Source of the DNA: Camelus ferus
Taxonomy: Eukaryota
NCBI RefSeq assembly: GCF_009834535.1
Contig: NC_045696.1
Location: 52,516,001-52,580,000, forward strand
Length of the DNA stretch: 64,000 nucleotides
Direction of reading: 5' to 3'
Shown here: positions 1 through 13,238 of the stretch, in pieces
Position numbering within the stretch: position 1 is the stretch's first letter
Layout of the letters: the number at the start of each line of letters is the position of its first letter
Notes under the pieces: generated by a model
The model's database searches: none
The model's input: the letters and a program-made list of their open reading frames with translations, nothing else
Told to the model about the DNA's origin: nothing
Translations under genes and position numbers: made by a program

Positions 1-99
1 CTCATCTCATTTTTATGTATGCCTGGCATGTGAGTGAATAGATGAAATTCTATTCATGGTTGTCCCAGAGGTTTTTGTGTCTTAGGACAATTGTTTAAA

Positions 100-262
100 A
101 TTATGGTCCTTAAACCAACACATCAGCATACCCTGAGAACATGTTAAAAATGCAAATTCTCAGACTCCATTCTTGACCTACTGAGTCAGAAACTCTGGGG
201 GCAAAACTCAGTTTTAAGTCCCCCAGGTGATCCTGATTCACACTAGTGTTTGAGAATCACTA
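100..262. mobile_element. MER5A-like hAT-Charlie MITE
   Basis: Diagnostic MER5 motifs: catcagcata...gttaaaaatgcaaattctcag...gacctactgagtcagaaactctgggg...ccccaggtgatcctgat...gtttgagaatcact. Confidence 0.8.
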
Positions 263-342
263 CTTCAGGATGTCTTTTGCGAAGCCGTATAATTTCAGCT
301 GAAGAGTACTTAGATACTTAGATATCAGTGAAGAAATGAGAG

Positions 343-452
343 TAGAGTGACCAGTTGTCCTGGTTTGTCCAGGCCTGAAGTGGTCCCCAGAATGTGGGAT
401 TTTTAGCTTTATAACCAGGACAGTCCTGGGCAAATCAGGATAAGCTGGTTAC
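343..452. mobile_element. MER81/MER94-like hAT-Blackjack MITE
   Basis: tagagtgaccagttgtcctggtttgtccagg ... cctgggcaaatcaggataagctggttac, an imperfect palindrome with TAGGGTGACC-like TIRs; a second partial unit lies at ~980-1048. Confidence 0.7.
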
Positions 453-963
453 TGTATTATTATTACTATTATTATTATTACTATTATTATTATTATTATT
501 ATTATTATTAGCTGTCCTAACAAATTGCCAGAAACTTATAGCTTAAAGCATTTATTATCTTTACAGTTCTGTAGATCAGATCCAACATGAGAGTTACTGA
601 GCTAAACTCAAAGTGTTAGCAGGATGTGTTTCTTTCTGAAGGTGTAGAGAGAATTTGTTTCATTACTTTTTCTGGTTTCTGGAGGGCCCCATGCTCTGCC
701 TTCAAAGCCAGCAATGTTGCTTTTCTGTGACCATTCTTCCACAGTCATGTTACTCTCTGTCTCTAGCCAGAAAATGTTCTTTGATTGTAAGGACCCATGA
801 GATTAGTTAGATAGGGCCCACCTGGATCATCCAAGCCACTCTCTCCATCTCAAGAGCTTTAACTTACACTGTAAAGTCACTCTTGCACGTAGGGTAACAT
901 ATTCGTAGGTTCCAGGGATTAGGATGCAGACATCTTTTGGGAGCTACTCTTCTGCCTACCACG
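453..963 (-). mobile_element. MLT1D-like MaLR solo LTR
   Basis: Typical MLT1 reverse-strand motifs (aacaaattgccagaaactta...ttacagttctgtag...aaggacccatgagattag...gggcccacctggatcatccaag...ggttccagggattagga...ctgcctaccac); 5-bp TSD gttac (448-452) / gttgc (964-968). Confidence 0.8.
455..510. repeat. (TAT)n microsatellite with two TAC interruptions
   Basis: Directly visible; expanded inside the MLT1 terminus. Confidence 0.95.
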
Positions 964-1844
964 GTTGCTGTAACTAGAAGCCTGGGATGTGAAATTTTCA
1001 ATATTAAAACCAGTAAAGCCCTAGGCAGAACAGGACAAGTTAATCCTTTCATTGGGGTGGCAGAGTGCCGAGAGGGGCCATATTGCTGTGGAGGTGGCCA
1101 CATCGTGCAGTACTGAAAGAGACTCTAAAAGCACACTCTGGAGTCAGGCGAAAGTCAAAAGGAGGCAGGTCTGTTTTCCTGAGTTGCCTATTCTGTGATT
1201 TTGTGTAACCTTTTTTTGCTTGTAACATGATCACACATTTGTGGACATTTTTGTTGTTGCGTATAACCATACTAATATATTGTTAGTCACTAACCACAGG
1301 TAATTCACTGTTGCTTATAAAATGCTACATTAAGTACTGCTACCATTAGTTATCAAGTTTTGAGGGTAGCAAAAACAAATCAGGGCTTTAATTGTCTGAA
1401 TCTGGCTCTGTGTGTGTGATCAGCATGTGATCAGGGCCTTGCTGAGCCCTAAGAGAACTCATGAAACATATTCACAGGAATGCAGGCTGTAGAGTAGCTC
1501 TTGCAGGGAAGTAATGTTCCATGAGTATTTTATTGTATAGAGTATATAGCAAGGATTTATTTATTCTGTGTAAATATCTCACTGCCTCTAGTTCTACCGC
1601 CTCTTCAGATGGAATGCCCCAAACAAAATGCCTTCTATAGCGGCTGGAAATAGATATACATATAGAGTATTGATTATGCTGCTGAAGCTTTATGAATTTA
1701 ATATAAACATGGATAGATAAAACTGATGTGTCCTTCTTCTTCGTGGTGACCGGGAGTCTGCAAAAGGACGTGGTTGAGGGCTGTGCCCATGTGAGGTCAT
1801 AGGTACCATTCTACTTTACATCATGACGCAAATGCTTTTCTGTA

Positions 1845-2078
1845 AAGGAGTGAGCACAGTCCTTGGAATGAAGGTCAACAAGGAAGGGCTCAAATCCCCG
1901 ACAAATCCCTATTCACTGTGTGACCTAAGGGACATTTCTCGTCTTTCTGAGCTTAAATTTTCTCATATTAAAAAAAAAAGAGTAATAATACCTCATATTT
2001 GTTGTGAAGATTAATAATAACATACATTAAGTATTAAGTGTCTGGTACAGTTTTGGCACAAATAAATGGCAATTATTA
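1845..2078 (+). mobile_element. MIR SINE
   Basis: gggctcaaatccc...ctgtgtgaccta...tttctgagcttaaattttctcatat...aataatacctcata...gttgtgaagattaa core. Confidence 0.75.
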
Positions 2079-2199
2079 ACATCATTGGTTCACTTTTCAA
2101 AGATATCTCCTGTAATAACCAAGGGTTTGTCAAGGTTGCTTTAGCATAGTAATAGCTATTTTGACTCCCTGAAAGGCCATTCTTTCAACACACTTTCTA

Positions 2200-2690
2200 T
2201 CCCGTGTCAGGCTGAAACTGAGGGTATAAAACTAATAAGTGAATAACCCCTATCTTCCGGGAACTCTCAGCCTTCCCGCAGAGGTGACACTTGCTTGAAC
2301 TGGAGGCATCAATTAGTGATGTTTGGAGGAGAAGGGAGCATGTCATACTTTGGAAGCAGCATGCATCAAACCAAAGCAGAGAGGTGAGATGCAGCCTGGC
2401 CTGTGTTGGGAATTACATGCAGTTTGCCATTGCTGCATTATATTAGGAAGGAAGTGGTCAGAACTGAGGCTGAATATCCCAGCTGAAGCATGAAAGACCT
2501 CCTATATGATGGCAGGGAACTTGGACATTATCTGTGCATGGTGAGGATCCATTGATGGTTTTAAGCAGAGAGTGATGTGATCTAATTAAGATGTTTTAAT
2601 TATCACCCCAGCCATTTTATGGAGGTTGGATTGAAGGAAGAGGAAGGGTGAAAGGGAAATTGGGGAGATCAGTTAGTAGGCTCTGTCAGC
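2200..2690 (-). mobile_element. L2 LINE fragment
   Basis: gggaacttggacattatct...gatccattgatggttttaagcagagagtgatgtgatc, L2 reverse-strand motifs. Confidence 0.65.
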
Positions 2691-2897
2691 ACTAAACAGA
2701 AACCAACTAAGGTTATCTCATGAGACTTCAATTAACTAAAAAGAGTGTGAGTAGGGTTAAGGGAACCAAAGCTGTTAAAGTTCCCCAGGGTTAGCAACAA
2801 TGTGAATTGTTACCAACCCCAGGCATGAAGGGTTGAGGTCAGAAATTAGTGAGAGCTGGAGCCAGGGAGAAAGAGTGCCCCAATCAGAGTTGTTACC

Positions 2898-3010
2898 TTA
2901 CTTAGGTCAGGTTCTCCAGAAGTTGACTCCAGAGGAGAATTCATGCACAAATTATTTACTCAGGAAACACTCCCAGGAGGAACTAATACAGAAGTAGGGG
3001 AAAAAACATG
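2898..3010 (-). mobile_element. ERVL LTR16/LTR33-type fragment (LTR 3' end)
   Basis: cttaggtcaggttctccagaag...catgcacaaattatttactcaggaaacactccc is the reverse complement of an LTR16-like 3' end. Confidence 0.55.
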
Positions 3011-3049
3011 CATGGGTACCACTTCATTGGCATCTGGTGGAAGGAAAGC

Positions 3050-3230
3050 ACTGTGCAGTAAGTTAGGAGTAAAAAGGAGTCGAAAGTTCTGGTGCCAAGT
3101 CCTCTGTCACTAAAGTCATTAAAATCCCTGGGTTTTAGCTTGATCATCTATAAAATGGGGAAGGTGCATTCTTATAGGGTCATTGTGGGAATAAAATAAG
3201 GAAGTATAAGGGTTTTGTGAGAGGGTATGT
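3050..3230 (+). mobile_element. MIR SINE fragment
   Basis: catctataaaatgggg...cttatagggtcattgtggggaataaaataag core. Confidence 0.6.
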
Positions 3231-4894
3231 CACTGTAAGGTTATGATATAGGAAAATTGTAAATATTTTAATCTGACTCGTCTGGGGAATATGAGTTCAG
3301 AACTGGGGCCACATATGGAGGCTGGTCTTAGGTCTTCAGGGCCCCATATTTGTGTTCTAGGCCTGATATCAGACAATCTTTGAATTAGTTCCTGGATACT
3401 AACAGTTATCTTTTTATGATGAACAGAGGAGATTCTGCTGAATGAATTTTTTATTTTTATGATAGAAATTTGTAGACATTTTTAAGAGCTATTGTCATCT
3501 TTAAAAATTGTATATAGCACTTAAATGATGGTATATAGGTTCAAAGTACTATTGTTATTATATTTCCAAAAGGCAAATATATCTGATATTGGGTCATTAT
3601 CATAGTATAGACTCTATTGGCAAACAAAATTGTTATCCATTTTTATTGGAAATCTGACAGCATGTCAAATGAATTGAATTGTTGCCCCCTAAAATGATGT
3701 TAAACTCTAGTTATTGCTATTATTGCCATTTTGTATTTCCCCAAACTCTTTTATAAACATCTGGGCCATATCTTACTAAATGATAACATGCATGACACTA
3801 TGAGAAATTTGGTAAATTTTTTAATGTGGAGAACTCTCATTATCTCTGGATGTTGAGGAGAAAGGCAGAGTAGCAAGAAAGGTGCCAAAACATCTGATTA
3901 CATCTGATTCCATTATGATGGATGCACAAGTTACTTCCTCTAGTGACAGCAGGAAATACTGGTAACTGTGGCAACACTGATGGCCCTTCCCATCTTTTTT
4001 AATTGAAATAGCTGTTGCTAGGATACACCCTAAAGCAAAAAGAAGGGGAAAGAGGAGAGCAAGAGAATGAGAGAAATGGGAATGGAAGAGGGAGAGAGGA
4101 TGAAAGAGAAAAATAAGAAAGGAGAGAATGCGAGTGAGAAAAGAAGATAAAATGAAAATATCAGGTGGTCTTTGACGGCAGACTTCTGGACATGAAAGAG
4201 ACTGTTGAATTATTGCCAAAATTAAAGAGCAGAGGGTGGGGAATAAAAGTAAAATGTTAGTTCCTGATTTACTAAAAATCAATAATTCATGCTTCATTTC
4301 GACTCTGAGCTTTCTCAGGCAAGCTACTTATCCTTAATGTGAGTATTTTCATATTTGGAAAAGAAATATTTATTAGCTCTCTTTCCCTTACCCAAACCCC
4401 CATCAGCATTCTTTCTTCTGATGCCTCACTTTCCCCCAGCCTAAAAATAAAAATAACTATAGAGAATAACATTATATTAAAATGCAGTGAATGCTCCTGT
4501 CGAGAGGTCACAGGTGAAGTTTCTTTGGTGTCTAGAGGAAGCCATGACCCCATCATCCGTGCTTCTGCCCTCACAGCTTCCTTTTCTGTCCATGCATAGG
4601 CTTGTATATTGGGTGCAGGCAAACAGTTTCAGCAGCTGACAACCTCTGAGTTCAGGGGAAAGATGATGGTCGTTCTGGGTGATTGTAGCTTTTGGTAGCT
4701 GGGGAGTCACATCATGCAAGACTTATAAATGAGGAGAACTGGCAGCCCTGCTGAATGATTCCTCTCTACTCTGATGTGAAGTAGAGACACCCTGGGCACA
4801 CTTCCATTTCCAGAAAATGAGTAGGTTACTTGAGATAGTGCCATAAAGTAATTAAGTGGCTTTGACATTTTAATCATTTGCTACAATTGATGGG

Positions 4895-4978
4895 ATTTTG
4901 TGTGCTTTGCTCACCATGATATCATCAGCACCTAGAAGAACGTGGTAGGTGCTCAATAAGTGCTGATGAATGAATGAA
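4895..4978 (+). mobile_element. L2 3' end
   Basis: cagcacctagaag...gtaggtgctcaataagtgctgatgaatgaatgaa terminus. Confidence 0.75.
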
Positions 4979-5104
4979 AAGAAATCACCTCAACTTTCTG
5001 AGCCACAGTCATCTTATTGTTCCCAGTTTTAGTTTCGGGGAGCCCAGCCCTGACCTCTAAAAGTGGAGAACCCTGGATTCAGCTCATTATTAGAGCGTCT
5101 CCCT

Positions 5105-5360
5105 TACCATGGTGATTGATTCAAGAATGGGTCTATGACAAGTTAAAGTTGATGGGATAGAGTGAGACTTTTTCTTAGGATTTCTAGCAAGAAACTTGCA
5201 CTGTCATTCACATTGGATGTGAATGAGGATGTAGTGTCTGGTTCTGCCACAGCCATTTGTGAACATGATAGTCTGAGACAAGAGCTGATCCTAACAAAGC
5301 AGAACCAAGAAGTGAGAACTCTGACTTCCCGGAGGACTGTTTCCAAGGTCCCCAAAGCTG
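5105..5360 (+). mobile_element. old MLT1 (J/K-like) LTR fragment
   Basis: catggtgattgattcaagaatggg...tctgccacagccatttgtg motifs. Confidence 0.45.
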
Positions 5361-5914
5361 CAAACCCTTAAGAGGTTACAGCGATCAGTATCACCCGTTC
5401 TCCATCCTGCACTGGAGACAGGTGTACAGAGATGTTGAGATGCCCTTTTCCCAATGTAGTGTCTCACTTTTCTACCTGGTTATTGAGACAACATTGCTTG
5501 TGTCTTTTTAGTTTAACAAATTTATTTTTAAATGGTTCTGTTTGCTTCCTCTGGTAGATTCCTTATATATTGACTTTGTGCCTCGTATTTGGGATTTCAC
5601 TAAGAAACAGTCTTCTCTCTTTCTCATCTTTACTCCCATTCCACAGATGCTCCTGAATTCTTTGAATTGCCTCACAAACTTCCTTCTTAAAGATATCTTC
5701 CATTTAATTCAAATCAATAAAACAGACACCAGGAAGCTTCCTACCCACAAACTTACTGTAGTTCTTCAGACATATATGAGTTTCAGGTAGAGCTCAATCA
5801 GGACCCATTACTACAAGTAAAATAAAAGAAATTCTGAAGGACTCAATCATTGTCAACAATCTATGGCTTTGACTCTAATACATAATTTATATATCATCCT
5901 AAAATTTATAACTT

Positions 5915-6935
5915 AATATTTGTATGACCCTATTATCTGCCAGGCACTAAACTAAACACTGGTTACTGCCTTCATGGAATTTATAATCTAGTGGGCATGG
6001 GGAGTAAATAAGTCATAAACAAATGAACAAGATTTCAGGTCATGATATGCACTACAGAGAGACAAAACAGGGTGTTGTGACAAATGCTGAGATCCACCTT
6101 AGCCAGGGTGACCTAGAGGCATCTCGGAGGAAGTGACAAGTGAATCAAGATCTAAATGATGAGAAGGAGCTGATCATGTGAAGACATAGGAGGAGGTGGT
6201 TCCAGATGGAGAAAACAAAGGCTGAAAACCCTGAAGTAAGAATGAGCTTAGAGCTTAGGAAAAAAATGGAGATATCTTACTGAGGGAAGACGTGGAAATA
6301 CAACATTTGAGGGGATAAAGAGTTTTATTTACATATGTTATGTTTAAGTGGCTGGTTGAATACATTAGGTTGTAATACAAGAGAGAGGTTGGAGCTGGAG
6401 ATGTCAAGTTTAGATTAATTGGGCTATAGATAGTATTTTCATTGTCAGACTGAATGAAATCACCTGGGGAGAATGTACATAGAGCCACGCAGAGGGCCAA
6501 AGAATTCTCACATTTATAGGAAGCCAAACAAGCAGAGGAGGAGATGTCAATTAATAAGAATCTGGTAAAGAAAAGCCATGAAGTTGGAGGAAAACAAGAG
6601 GGTATGGTATTAAACAATCAGAGAAGGGAAGAGTAAACTGTATTGAAGTGGCTGAGAGGTCAAGTTAGAGATATACAGACATGTTTAACATTGGATTCGT
6701 AACACTGGTGCCCTTAGCAAGAGGAGTTTCAAAGCAGTGGTGGGTTGAATGCCAGGCTGAACTGAGTTGAAGACTAAATATTAATGAGTATTAATGAGAG
6801 ACACCAAACAAGACAATTCTTTCAAGAAATTTGGCTGCATAAGAGACAAAAGAAATGGTATAGTATTTGGAAGGGGATTTGAATTCAAGAGGCTTCCTCT
6901 ACTTCCAAACGTTGGGGACACTAGAGCATTTTCAA
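5915..6935 (-). mobile_element. L2 LINE fragment (~1 kb)
   Basis: ctgccaggcacta...ctgccttcatggaatttataatctagtggg...gaggaagtgaca...gttggagctggagatg...gctgagaggtcaagt...ttctttcaagaaatttggctg. Confidence 0.8.
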
Positions 6936-7729
6936 ATATGAAATCGGTAATTTAGCATGAGCTTTCCAATGCCTATCCCAAATTCAAAGGACTTGGATGA
7001 ACAAAGATGGGTACTTTCTAAGATCTTCTCTAGGGCCTAACTATTGCAATCTCAATAATGTAATCTAGTAGATATTTGTATTTTGATTTGTTATTACCTG
7101 ACTTTTACAACTCTAGGATATTAAGAGGCCAATTCTGAATCAAAGTTTCCTTATAAAACTACTAATGCTACGTTAGTTTTATTCATCAAATCAGAGAAGA
7201 AAGAGCTTTCCTGGGTGGTTATAAATCAAATTGAAAAAGAAAAATTATGATGAAAACATATAATCCCTGCTGAAACAATCCTGTTTATTTTTCCATTTCC
7301 CATTATTTTGGGATGAAAATAGTTTACCTCTTTTGTTAAGGAATGTGAAAATTCCAGGTGCTTTTGGGAAATGAGGGAAGTGGTCTGGGGCTAGGACCTG
7401 ATGTAGATATAGAATATAGATTTAAGTTTTAATATTTTATGAAGGTTACAAAAAAACTAAAAAGTTATCAGCAATCTCTGCCTTCTAAGAAGAAATGGGA
7501 ATTAACTTTGAAGGAAATTAACTTTGTTTTGGAAAGAACGGTCTTCCGTAGATTCCTTTTAGAAGAACTCCCAGCCCCACTCCCCAGGGAAAAGGAGAAG
7601 TGTCTACACTAATAGTAATATTCTTATTCTGGTTTCTTATTTGGATTGGCCAAGCAAACATATATTTATTTGCTCTAGATGTCCCTGAGTGTTGGGTTAA
7701 AGTTGAGTTGGGAACGGACTGTGTAGAAT

Positions 7730-7930
7730 AGTAGTGCTTTTTGTAGTCTGATTCTTAGGACCACTTGCATCAGCATCACTAGGGGCGTTGGCTAAAAATT
7801 CAGTCATGGATGCCACTTCAGACCTATTGGACCAGAATCTTTGAGGATCGGCCCACAAATATGAATATTCAACACACTTTTCAGATGATTCTTATCAGTG
7901 GTATGCTCCTAAGTGTTTAACTACTGGCTC
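7730..7930. mobile_element. MER5B/MER5A-like MITE
   Basis: ggaccacttgcatcagcatcactagggg...cagacctattggaccagaatct...cagatgattcttat...gtgtttaactactgg. Confidence 0.7.
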
Positions 7931-8999
7931 TTGGGGTTGGGGGTGGGGGGAAGGAGAAGCCCTGATTTATATTATTTACCAATTTCTTCTCTTCAACTCC
8001 AAACAGAGAAATTAGAATTAAAAAAAAAAAATCTGATGGCAGTAAAGGGGAGTTTGGTAACCGTTTTCTTTTTCTTTTTTATCTTGGACTATTTTCACTA
8101 CCCTATAGTTCAGCTTGCAGCTGACATTTATATTTAGCAGGCTCTGCTCTCACCTTGCCTCTTCTCTTCTCAGATAACAGATAAATCTTTCAGTTTGATA
8201 ATTGCTGCCAGTTGCTGCCAGTCACACCTCTCTTCCTCCCCCTTTCCCCTTCTCCCCCCAGCTAATCCATCTCTTTTCAATGAATTCTTCCCGTCCCCTC
8301 ACAGCACAAGGTAGATACTCACTCTTTTCCATCTGTGATGTAATTTGTAGCTTTGTTTTCAACATGACTAACAAAGCTGGGATTTCTAGAGCGGCTTCTC
8401 CATCTACTCTTCTTGAAATGTTATTTACATAGAAAGGGGCCATAAGCAGGCAGGAAACTCAACGAACTGATTAGATGCAAGAGAGGGAGGCTGCTGTCTA
8501 AGACTGGAAGCTTATTAACTCTCATCTCTTCACTCCAGAGAGAAGTCACTGAAAATTCTCCACCCCTCTCCTACCACAGAGTCAGACACATGGCCTCCTT
8601 CAGCCTGAGGCTGACCTCTGAGCCAAGGTGCAATCCCATCACCCACCTCATCACCCTGTCACCTGATAATGCATCCCTGTCACAGTCTTCTCAATAAACC
8701 TTATAATGTCTGCTCTTCTCAACACCTGGGGCCTAACCCCTGAGCAATGATCTCAGAAAGATGACCCTGAAGTTCTTTTCATGTGTTACAGAATTAGCAT
8801 TATATATCAGTGTCCTTTCCTTTTCCCAATAGCTTATGAGTTTGGTGGTTACAGAGCCCAGTAGCACGAAGAGTTTAAGGATCTAAATTGTTTATCCTGA
8901 CTCATCCTTCTGTGGGATTTCAACCAAAGAGCTTAACAGTTTAGCCTTCAATTTTTACAGCTATGGAAAACAAATAATGTAATAATAGCTCCCTTCCAC

Positions 9000-9030
9000 C
9001 ACACACACACACACACACACACTCTCTCTC
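9000..9030. repeat. (CA)n(CT)n microsatellite
   Basis: Directly visible. Confidence 0.9.
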
Positions 9031-9509
9031 TTATTTCATAGGTATTTTTAAAGGATAAATAGGGACAGAAGTTTTGTCAGTTCAGGATTAATCCTTTGGT
9101 TGACTTGCAAACAAAGTTGGATGGTTTAGTATGCTGTATAAAGGTTTAACATTTCAGAGAGTTCGAGTTAAGTGCTTTGTATGAATCATCTCACCCATTT
9201 GTTCAGAGGACTTGAAATAATATTAGTGGAACTAGGATTCAGAACTCAGGTGAACTGACTTCCCCTAATGACCATTAACTCTATGTCTCAGACATAAGAT
9301 AATCCACTCTTAAAGATATTTCTCTTGAGCTCCAAATTGTATGTCTAAAAACCTGTTGGGCATTGCTACCCTTTGGAGGTTGACATTGCAAGACAGACTT
9401 CCAGATCTGGGAAGTGCTTATCCACCTGGCCTTATCATATACCCGTCCCCTTCTCATATTCCACAATTGAGCCCTGCTGAACTACTTGCAGTTTGGCAAA
9501 AACACGTGC

Positions 9510-9925
9510 TGTGATAGATCCTGTGGTACCTCACATGTACCTCTCCTTTGGCATCAACGCATATATTTCCACAACTGCCAGGATTGCTGGCTGTTGCCTA
9601 CATATAGCTGAGAATTTCTGAAGGAATTGCCTTACACCAAAGGGAGGTACCATGCACAAAGTTGCACCCCATTCCAAGACAGCCTATATCCATGACTGGT
9701 CGTTGGATGTATATAAAGCCCAGGACTCAAAGTAGGACAACTCTGAATGCCATTCCATTTCAGAGCTTCTCCCATAGGATGGGCTGAGTCTTCTGTTGGA
9801 ACTGCATTGCTGTTCAGCTTCTCCCCTTACTTTTTAAAGGTATTTTTCTTCCTAAGAGCTCTGTTTAAAACTGCATTCAAATCTCTGCTTCACAGTCTGT
9901 TTCCTGGGAAATCTGACCTAGAATA
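9510..9925 (+). mobile_element. 5' LTR (LTR16-like) of ERV-L provirus
   Basis: TG start; gaattgcc...tatataaagccc (TATA)...ggacaactctg...cagagcttctcccataggatgggctgag...gtctgtttcctgggaaatctgaccta end; followed by gttggtatc PBS-like sequence. Confidence 0.75.
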
Positions 9926-12900
9926 GTTGGTATCTGAGTTGTCCTAGCAGCTTTAAAATGGGATTTTGGAGCTATATTATCCTTTGACTAGCTGGCAGTG
10001 AGAACCCTGTTACTGGTGGTAGATGGAACTTGGATAACTCCTGTAATGCTGGAGCAATGCAAAAGTGACATCTTTCATTGATGGTAAACTGGGGTGGAAA
10101 CTGAAAGAGAATGTACTGCAGGTACATTGTCTCAGGCAGTTGAGAGGTTCTAGGAAAGCAGTAATTACACAGACCATGGAATCAGGTGGCTTTGGCTGGG
10201 TGCTATCACGCGATTAGAGAAAGGCAATGAAGGACTGAGAGTGAGTAATCTCAAATTTAGGGCAAAGTGAGAAAGCCACAGGGCCTGAGGGCAGAAAGGC
10301 TGAGGGCCAAACCCAGAATGTGATTTTAAGTGTAGCAAGATTCCAGAGAAGATTTATCAGTTAACCTGACAAATCTGCTTCACCAAGATCAGGGCCTTAA
10401 CTGAAAAGGAGTGAGGCTCTGAGGCTTGGGACAGGGTTATTTGGGTTGATGCCTTAGAAAATCTTGAATCTCTAGTTTCCACTGAACGCACAGGATGCCC
10501 TATTCCTTCTGCTAAAAGTTACCACTTTTTTTTTGCTTGCAAGATCGCACGATAACATATATGCTTAGACCTCCTTTGCCTTCCCCACTCCCCACACCTC
10601 CACCTTCCCTCTTGGCCACCAGAACAATAAGTAGAGTCAAGTCACAACATAACTGACTAGGGAAGTGCTTGGGCTGTCTAGTAGCAGAAAAAAGGAACTA
10701 TACACCCAAAGAGCTATAGGACCTGGCCGGTGTGTATCAGCAGGGCCAGGAGAGAATATATGGGACTTGATCCTGAGGTCCTGGATCCAGGTGGGATGGG
10801 AGGAGAATGAAGGCAAAACATAAATTTGGATAAGGGAGAATTTATTTATATGAGAACATTCTCCATTGATCCAGGATTTAATACACTGTCAAGGACCCAG
10901 GAGACAGTGCTAACATGCTGCTAGAATGGCTCTTAGAAACTTGGAAAAGCTATAGCCCACACTAACTGAAAATACCAGACCTTCCATGGCACATGGTGAA
11001 AGAAGAGAACAAAAGGTTCAGACAAGAGGGCATGCTGGAGTGGATGTACTATGTAAAGTGAAAATCCCATTGGCTAGCCATGTTTCACTTATGAGTCCAC
11101 AGGACTCCATTTACCATAGTGATTAAAAATGCACTGGTGAAAAGGGCCCTGACATAAATGAGATGCTCACTGGTGACTGTCCTCTGTAGGCTAGGGCTGG
11201 TGATGGAAGGTGCTGTTATAGAATTGGGAACCCCCATAGCAATGAAGAGGATGCCAACATAAGCACTTACCTATCAAAAGCAAGGTGGTCACAATGATCA
11301 TAATAAATGGTCAATCTGAGTAATAGCCAGGAAGATACGACCCACACAGGGTCAAGGAGATGGTTAATAGAACACAGTGTACCCACATCAACAAGGGTGT
11401 GCTTGATATATGTAATCAAAGGAATCAAAGACAGATAAGGGAACTTATTCCAAAAAGTCAAAATCCCTTGTTCAGTTTCTGGAACCTGGGCCAGTTCTCC
11501 GCCCCAGATCCCACTGTTTGAAAGAGAAGTAAGATCTTCAGGAGGAAGAGACCTGCAACCCCATATTAAGTATACATGATAATTCCCTCAGTACTTCCTC
11601 AAGGTGGATATGCCTATTTGAATAGTCATGCCCTGGAAAAAATGGGAATACCCAGTCATTTTGAGTAGTGTGACACACAGGACCTAAGTGGACAGTGATA
11701 TTCAGGGCCCTGAAGCACAATTTAGTATCAGAGTAGGAGCACCTGGGAGCCAATTAATAAATAAAAGCCTTGTCTGGTTCCATTTCACAGTGAGTTCACC
11801 AGGTCCATAGACTCACTATGTAATCATTTCCTTAACTTCCAAAAGTAAAATTGGAAAAGGCACACTTGGTATTTGTCAGAACTGCTCTACGGTTCTCTGG
11901 CCTTTGGATTGATACACCCCTCCCCCGGCCATCCAAGATTACTATCATATCTGTAGCAACCTACTAGATTCATGGATAGCATCATATCCTCCATTTGAAT
12001 CACCAGTCTGACTTCTAGAAAAAAAATTTTAAAAACTGATAGATTTTTGCAGATGGTGGTGGGCTTCTGCAAATTCAATCAGTTAATAACCCCAATTGCA
12101 ACTGCTGTGCTGAATGTGGTATCTTTGCAGACCAGAAACACAGACTCAGATCCATAATGTGTAGCCATTGATATGGCAAATGGGATCTTTTCCATTCCTT
12201 TTAGGAATAAGAATCAGATATAGTTTGTGTTCATGTGGAATGGACAGTAGAATCTAGGTTCTTTTATTCTTCAGAACATCATTAGTCCACCATATCAATT
12301 ACATCATGTTACATGGACTGCATGAGAAAGAGATGGCAAGTATATTGGAGGCCTTGGTAAGACACATGCAATCCAAATAATGGGGGATAAATCTAATGAA
12401 AATGCAGGGCTATGACATATATATTTTTAGGAATACAGTTAGTTATCTGAAAGATGCCAGGATATTCCTTCCGAAGAAAAGAAGAGATTAATACATCTTG
12501 TATCTTTCACCCCTAAGAAAAAAGCACAACCCTTTTAAGTCCTCTTTGGGTTCTGGGATGGCATATTTAACACCTGGAAATATTGTTTCAACCCATTCAC
12601 CAAGTGACACAAAAAGACTCTAGCTTTGATTAAGGCCCAGAGGAGAAGGGGCTCTGCAGCATCCCTGGCATATATGGTCCTGAAGCACTGATGGTAGTTA
12701 TCTGTGATGGGAAAGGGTGTTTGAAGTTTGTGTTCAGCTCCAGTGGACTCCTAAGATTTTAGAGCAAGGCACGCTATCTGCAGTAAACACCTAGAGACCA
12801 AACTATCATTTCAAAGTAACCCTTACCATACTCCTGGGACCTGGTAGAGGAAAATCATGGGGCGTCAATTGGCCATGCAGCCAATACTGCCCATCATGAG

Positions 12901-13238
12901 CTGGTGTCTTTTAGACCCACTAGGTCATAAAGTCAAGCTGAACTAATATCAATCTACTGTAAGTTGGAAAGAGTATATTGATTGGATTGGAAATGAGAAG
13001 AGCCACAAGGCACAAGTAATTTGCAGGTAGCACAGACCTCCATGTTGTCTACCACTGTTACAGTGACACCTCTCCCTCAGCTCAAACCTATAGCTACATG
13101 GGGGCTCCCTTTTTAACCAACTGACACAGGAGGAAAAGGACATTCCTGGTTCCTTGATGAGTTGGCTCTGTATGTGGGTCCAGATGGGATGAACTTACTA
13201 TACGAATCATGTGACTCCAAGGGGTGCAAGGGCTGGCC
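9926..13238 (+). mobile_element. decayed ERV-L (ERV3-16A3-like) internal region: gag-pro-RT-partial RNase H; integrase missing
   Basis: Manual translation: protease remnant VV*HTGPKWTVIFRALK (~11666); RT remnants LQMVVGFCKFNQLITPIATAVLNVVSL (~12047), VAIDMANGIFSIPFRNKNQI*FVFMWNGQ (~12160) and LVHHINYIML (degenerate LVHYIDDIML, ~12282); many stops and frameshifts. Confidence 0.8.

Noticed and set aside
3821..4719. Overlapping 80-158 aa ORFs
   Set aside because: No recognisable domain. The hydrophobic composition comes from translating the complement of a purine-rich tract, and no convincing splice structure was seen.
9926..13238. Domesticated retroviral gene
   Set aside because: No long sense-strand ORF; the protease DTG and RT YIDD motifs are destroyed.
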